Below are positions 60,575-64,000 of a stretch of 64,000 bases of DNA, one piece after another. The notes under the pieces were generated by a model that saw only the letters and a program-made list of their open reading frames with translations, was not told the DNA's origin and ran no database searches. Within the stretch, counting starts at the first letter, position 1. Each line of letters starts with the position of its first letter. The DNA is from an uncultured Muribaculaceae bacterium (GTDB taxonomy: Bacteria > Bacillota_I > Bacilli_A > RF39 > UBA660), in the NCBI GenBank assembly GCA_964397485.1, contig CAYNHT010000001.1:273190-337189 (forward strand), in the 5' to 3' direction. A program made the position numbers and the translations under genes.

Positions 60575-62170
60575 TCACTCCTTTTCATTGAAAATATCAG
60601 GTAAATCATTTTCTAATAAGACATATGTTTCTTTGTCTTTTAATTCTTGCATTAAATTAAATGCTACTTTTACATCATTTATAATATGTACTTTTTCTTT
60701 TTCATAACCTTTAGTCATTAATCCATCATAAATAGGTTTTGTTTGTTCAGCACCTACTAATATTACTTCATCACAAACATCAGCTATTTGTTTTCCAAAT
60801 TCCAAGTTAAGTTCATATTGTTCTGGCCCTAATTCTATCATACCTGGTGTTACAATAATTTTTTTACCTGGCATTAATGATAAAACTTCTAATGCCATTT
60901 TTGATCCTACTGGATTTGAATTATAAGCATCATCAATTATATTTATACTACCATATTTCTTTAATTCTAAACGGTGTTCAATTGAGTTTACTTTTTTAAC
61001 TCCTAATTGTAATTGTTCTACTGATAAACCTAATTCTTTACCTAAAGCAATACTTGCTAGAATGTTATAAATATTAGCTTTACCTAATAATCTTGTTTCA
61101 AACTTATATTTTTTATCATCACCTTTAAATATACAATCAAAGGTTGTTCCATTATGATTTAATTTGATATTAGTTGCTCTAACATCACAATCTTCTTTAT
61201 CTATACCAATCCATACTATTTTACATTTATTTTTTAATTTATATGAAACTTGGTATTTATCATCTTTGTTAAGAATTCCTACTCCATCTTTAGGTAATGA
61301 TTCAATTAATTCAAATTTACCAGATTGAATATTTTCGCGACTTCCAAAGCTTTCAAGATGAGCAGTTCCAATGATTGTTAAAATACCATATTGTGGTTTT
61401 ACTAAATCACAAATTTCTTTTATTTCACCTTTTTTAAATGCTCCCATTTCAGCTATAAATATATCACTAAATTTATCTAAATAGTTGTTTATGGTATTAA
61501 TTAATCCATATGTTGTATTAAAGTTTTTAGGTGTTGGAAAAGCATTATATTTTATATTTAATATATCATTTAAAATGTTTTTACTACTTGTTTTTCCATA
61601 ACTACCTGTTATACCAATTATTTTCATATTACTCATATTTTTTAATTTTTTCAAAGCTTGTCTTTTATAGTAATAGAAAACTTGTTTTTCTATTGGTTTA
61701 TTTATAACATTAGCAACCATTACCACAAAATAATTTAAGTAAGTAAGTGCTCCAATTATTAAATAATAAATATATATATTAGCAACATCAAAAGTTAATG
61801 CGATTGTTACTACTGGTATTAAGTATAAGATTAAGGTTGTTACATATAATCTTCTTACTCTTTTTGTAATAACTAATGGTTTTTTTGATTGTTCTTTACT
61901 TGTTTTTTGATAATATAAATAAGTTACTATTAAATAGAATAATCCAAATAAAGACATTGCTATTTTATAATCAATAAATAATGCGATTATAAATATAATA
62001 AAAGTCATATCTGCTTCTAAAAAAACACGATATGGATTTTTTACTAACCATCTTAAATAACGATATCCATCATTATACCAATTTTGTTGTAACATATGTA
62101 ATGATTTTCTAGATTTAAAAATCAAATAAATAGCAACCGGAAATAAAGATAAAATAAATAATTTTAACAT
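60575..62170 (-). CDS. murF: MurF-like Mur ligase (central and C-terminal domains) fused to an N-terminal ~175-aa polytopic membrane domain.
   Basis: 'IIGITGSYGKTSSKNIL' P-loop at residue ~185. Four or five TM helices precede it. Lies in an operon with ddl. Confidence 0.75.
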   Translation of the reverse strand: MLKLFILSLFPVAIYLIFKSRKSLHMLQQNWYNDGYRYLRWLVKNPYRVFLEADMTFIIFIIALFIDYKIAMSLFGLFYLIVTYLYYQKTSKEQSKKPLVITKRVRRLYVTTLILYLIPVVTIALTFDVANIYIYYLIIGALTYLNYFVVMVANVINKPIEKQVFYYYKRQALKKLKNMSNMKIIGITGSYGKTSSKNILNDILNIKYNAFPTPKNFNTTYGLINTINNYLDKFSDIFIAEMGAFKKGEIKEICDLVKPQYGILTIIGTAHLESFGSRENIQSGKFELIESLPKDGVGILNKDDKYQVSYKLKNKCKIVWIGIDKEDCDVRATNIKLNHNGTTFDCIFKGDDKKYKFETRLLGKANIYNILASIALGKELGLSVEQLQLGVKKVNSIEHRLELKKYGSINIIDDAYNSNPVGSKMALEVLSLMPGKKIIVTPGMIELGPEQYELNLEFGKQIADVCDEVILVGAEQTKPIYDGLMTKGYEKEKVHIINDVKVAFNLMQELKDKETYVLLENDLPDIFNEKE

Positions 62171-62174
62171 CTAA

Positions 62175-62915
62175 TCACTCCTTAATACCCAAAAAACTTT
62201 TTATTACACTTATTGTTTGTTCTAGTCTTTCTAAATATGCATAATGAGTACATCCTTCATATACCACAACACCTGCATCTTTAATTAATTTTTCTAATTC
62301 ATATGCATGTTCTAGTGGAACCTCACTATCTAAACTTCCCCATACTATTAAAGTTGGACTTTTAATTTTTTTAACATTTTGTGTTATATCTAAATTAACT
62401 GTACCTACTAAAACTTTACGCATTAAAACACTTGCATTTCTATAATCACGAGAACCTATATGTTTTTTAGCAAAATTCTCTAATTTATTTAATATAGGTA
62501 TTTTTTTCATTGTTTTTAATATTCTTACTTTTACTGATAATTTTTCTACTTCTTTTTTAAATGGACTACCAAATAATATTAATTTATTAGTTTTATATTT
62601 ACTAGCATAAAGTAAACTAATCTTACCTCCAAATGAATGTCCAATTAGTATTGGATTAGTAATTTTTTCTAAATCTAATAATTCTTTTATTGCTTCTACA
62701 TAATCACTTACAGTCCATGGATAAGTTGGTTCACTACTTTGACCATATCCTGGTAAATCAATAATAGTTATTTGATAATCTTTTTGTAAACGATCACCAA
62801 TAGGACGCATCATTTCTATGTTTTGTCCCCAACCATGAAGTAAAACAATATTTTCGCCATCTTTGTTGCCATACGTCACATAATTTATGTTGACATCATT
62901 AATTTGTTTTATCAT
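62175..62915 (-). CDS. Alpha/beta hydrolase.
   Basis: 'ILIGHSFGG' nucleophile elbow and 'LLHGWGQN'. Confidence 0.7.
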   Translation of the reverse strand: MIKQINDVNINYVTYGNKDGENIVLLHGWGQNIEMMRPIGDRLQKDYQITIIDLPGYGQSSEPTYPWTVSDYVEAIKELLDLEKITNPILIGHSFGGKISLLYASKYKTNKLILFGSPFKKEVEKLSVKVRILKTMKKIPILNKLENFAKKHIGSRDYRNASVLMRKVLVGTVNLDITQNVKKIKSPTLIVWGSLDSEVPLEHAYELEKLIKDAGVVVYEGCTHYAYLERLEQTISVIKSFLGIKE

Positions 62916-63021
62916 CTAATCACCACTATTATTATACCATTTTTTATTAATAATAAAAATAATTTTATAAAAAAAGTCACACAATAATGTCAATCGATTA
63001 TTAAGTGACTTTTTTATTTTT

Positions 63022-64000
63022 TTATAAACCTTCACCAACTAGTAAGACTGGTCTAAAAGTATTTCCACTAATAGATCCACCATCACTTATATAATAAGCA
63101 AACACCCCAGCAGAAGTTCCACTAGAATAGCGTCCACCACGGAAAAACCAAGCACCTGTTGAAAATGGCATACGAGATGTATCACCATACCATCCACCTG
63201 TTGTGTTACCTTCCCAAGAACTTCCGTTATAAGTTGCTCCTAAACTAGTTTCATATACAGCATCTCCATAAACACTATCATTATAACCTCGGTTATCTCC
63301 TCCATATCTGTCAATATATTTGTCTAATACTGTTGATGGATCAATACCACTCATTGCTTCATTATTTTCATAATTAGCAAACATTCTTTCACTAGCACCA
63401 CCAACCATATCATATACACCATATACACTACCAGTTGTACTAGTCTTCACACCATTTACTGTATGATATTCATTACAAATAGTTGAGCCAGCCTCAGCTG
63501 CACTATTACCAGCACATCCTGTTATATAATCACTATTTGGATTAATCCAGATTTCTTGTTCATTCATACCGTATATTGATTTAGATAAATATGCAACTGC
63601 TCCCCACTCTGTATTTTTCATCATATGAGTATCAATTTCACTAGCATTCCACCCATATACATCTGTTTTTTCTTTCATATTCATAACAACTTCATAAGCA
63701 TTGCCTGCAGTTATATATTGCCATGATTGAACATTTGGTATTATTTTAACTGTTTTTGTTGTTACGTTGTCACCAACAGTTGCGTTATCAAGACCTTCAA
63801 CTGCAGTTGGTTCAAATTTAGCAACCCATATTCCTGTGACATTATTATCTCCAAATTTAAAGGCAGGATGCGATACATAATTGGTTTGACTATCACCACT
63901 ATATAAAGGAGTTGTTGCTATTGGAACTGCATCTATTGTATTATTTGTTTTATCAATTAAAAATTTAATATTTATTGTTCCGGTTTCACTAGTGTGATAT
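63022..64000 (-). CDS. C-terminal part of a secreted/surface protein with a Gly/Ser/Tyr-rich C-terminus. The frame is open upstream of the first Met to the right window edge.
   Basis: ORF 63022..63684 continues without a stop to position 64000. Confidence 0.4.
   Translation of the reverse strand, partial: YHTSETGTINIKFLIDKTNNTIDAVPIATTPLYSGDSQTNYVSHPAFKFGDNNVTGIWVAKFEPTAVEGLDNATVGDNVTTKTVKIIPNVQSWQYITAGNAYEVVMNMKEKTDVYGWNASEIDTHMMKNTEWGAVAYLSKSIYGMNEQEIWINPNSDYITGCAGNSAAEAGSTICNEYHTVNGVKTSTTGSVYGVYDMVGGASERMFANYENNEAMSGIDPSTVLDKYIDRYGGDNRGYNDSVYGDAVYETSLGATYNGSSWEGNTTGGWYGDTSRMPFSTGAWFFRGGRYSSGTSAGVFAYYISDGGSISGNTFRPVLLVGEGL

Overview
This window is AT-rich (GC roughly under 30%) and looks like an endospore-forming Bacillota chromosome using the standard genetic code. 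Supporting genes are a GerE orthologue, a GerM-like protein, a YjcZ-type micro-protein, and Bacillus-type dnaB-dnaI-thrS synteny. Core genes include thrS and asnB (each behind a T-box leader), rnc, yebC, yidD, ddl-murF, five single tRNAs and a Glu/Asn/Ile tRNA cluster. There are two accessory regions. (1) At 20.7-30.3 kb sits a locus with two very large 'modular' type IV pilin-like proteins of 1667 and 771 aa. Both carry canonical prepilin G|F(A/T)L(V/I)E N-termini. The locus also holds a CapA-like gene and an acidic secreted protein, and no pilus assembly genes are visible. (2) At 38.5-59.2 kb is a ~20.6 kb tandem array of integrated elements at tRNA-Lys(CTT). Four direct copies of the tRNA 3' half and an orphan 5' half mark the segments. 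Its cargo is a type I R-M operon with two embedded unknown genes, several unknown genes or gene pairs, and a rightmost integrase-bearing, satellite-like element (int, xis-like, cI-like, AAA ATPase). All three unknown cargo proteins of that element carry an R-N-x-x-x-H (HEPN-like) motif near the C-terminus. This is the best candidate in the window for an undescribed anti-phage system.
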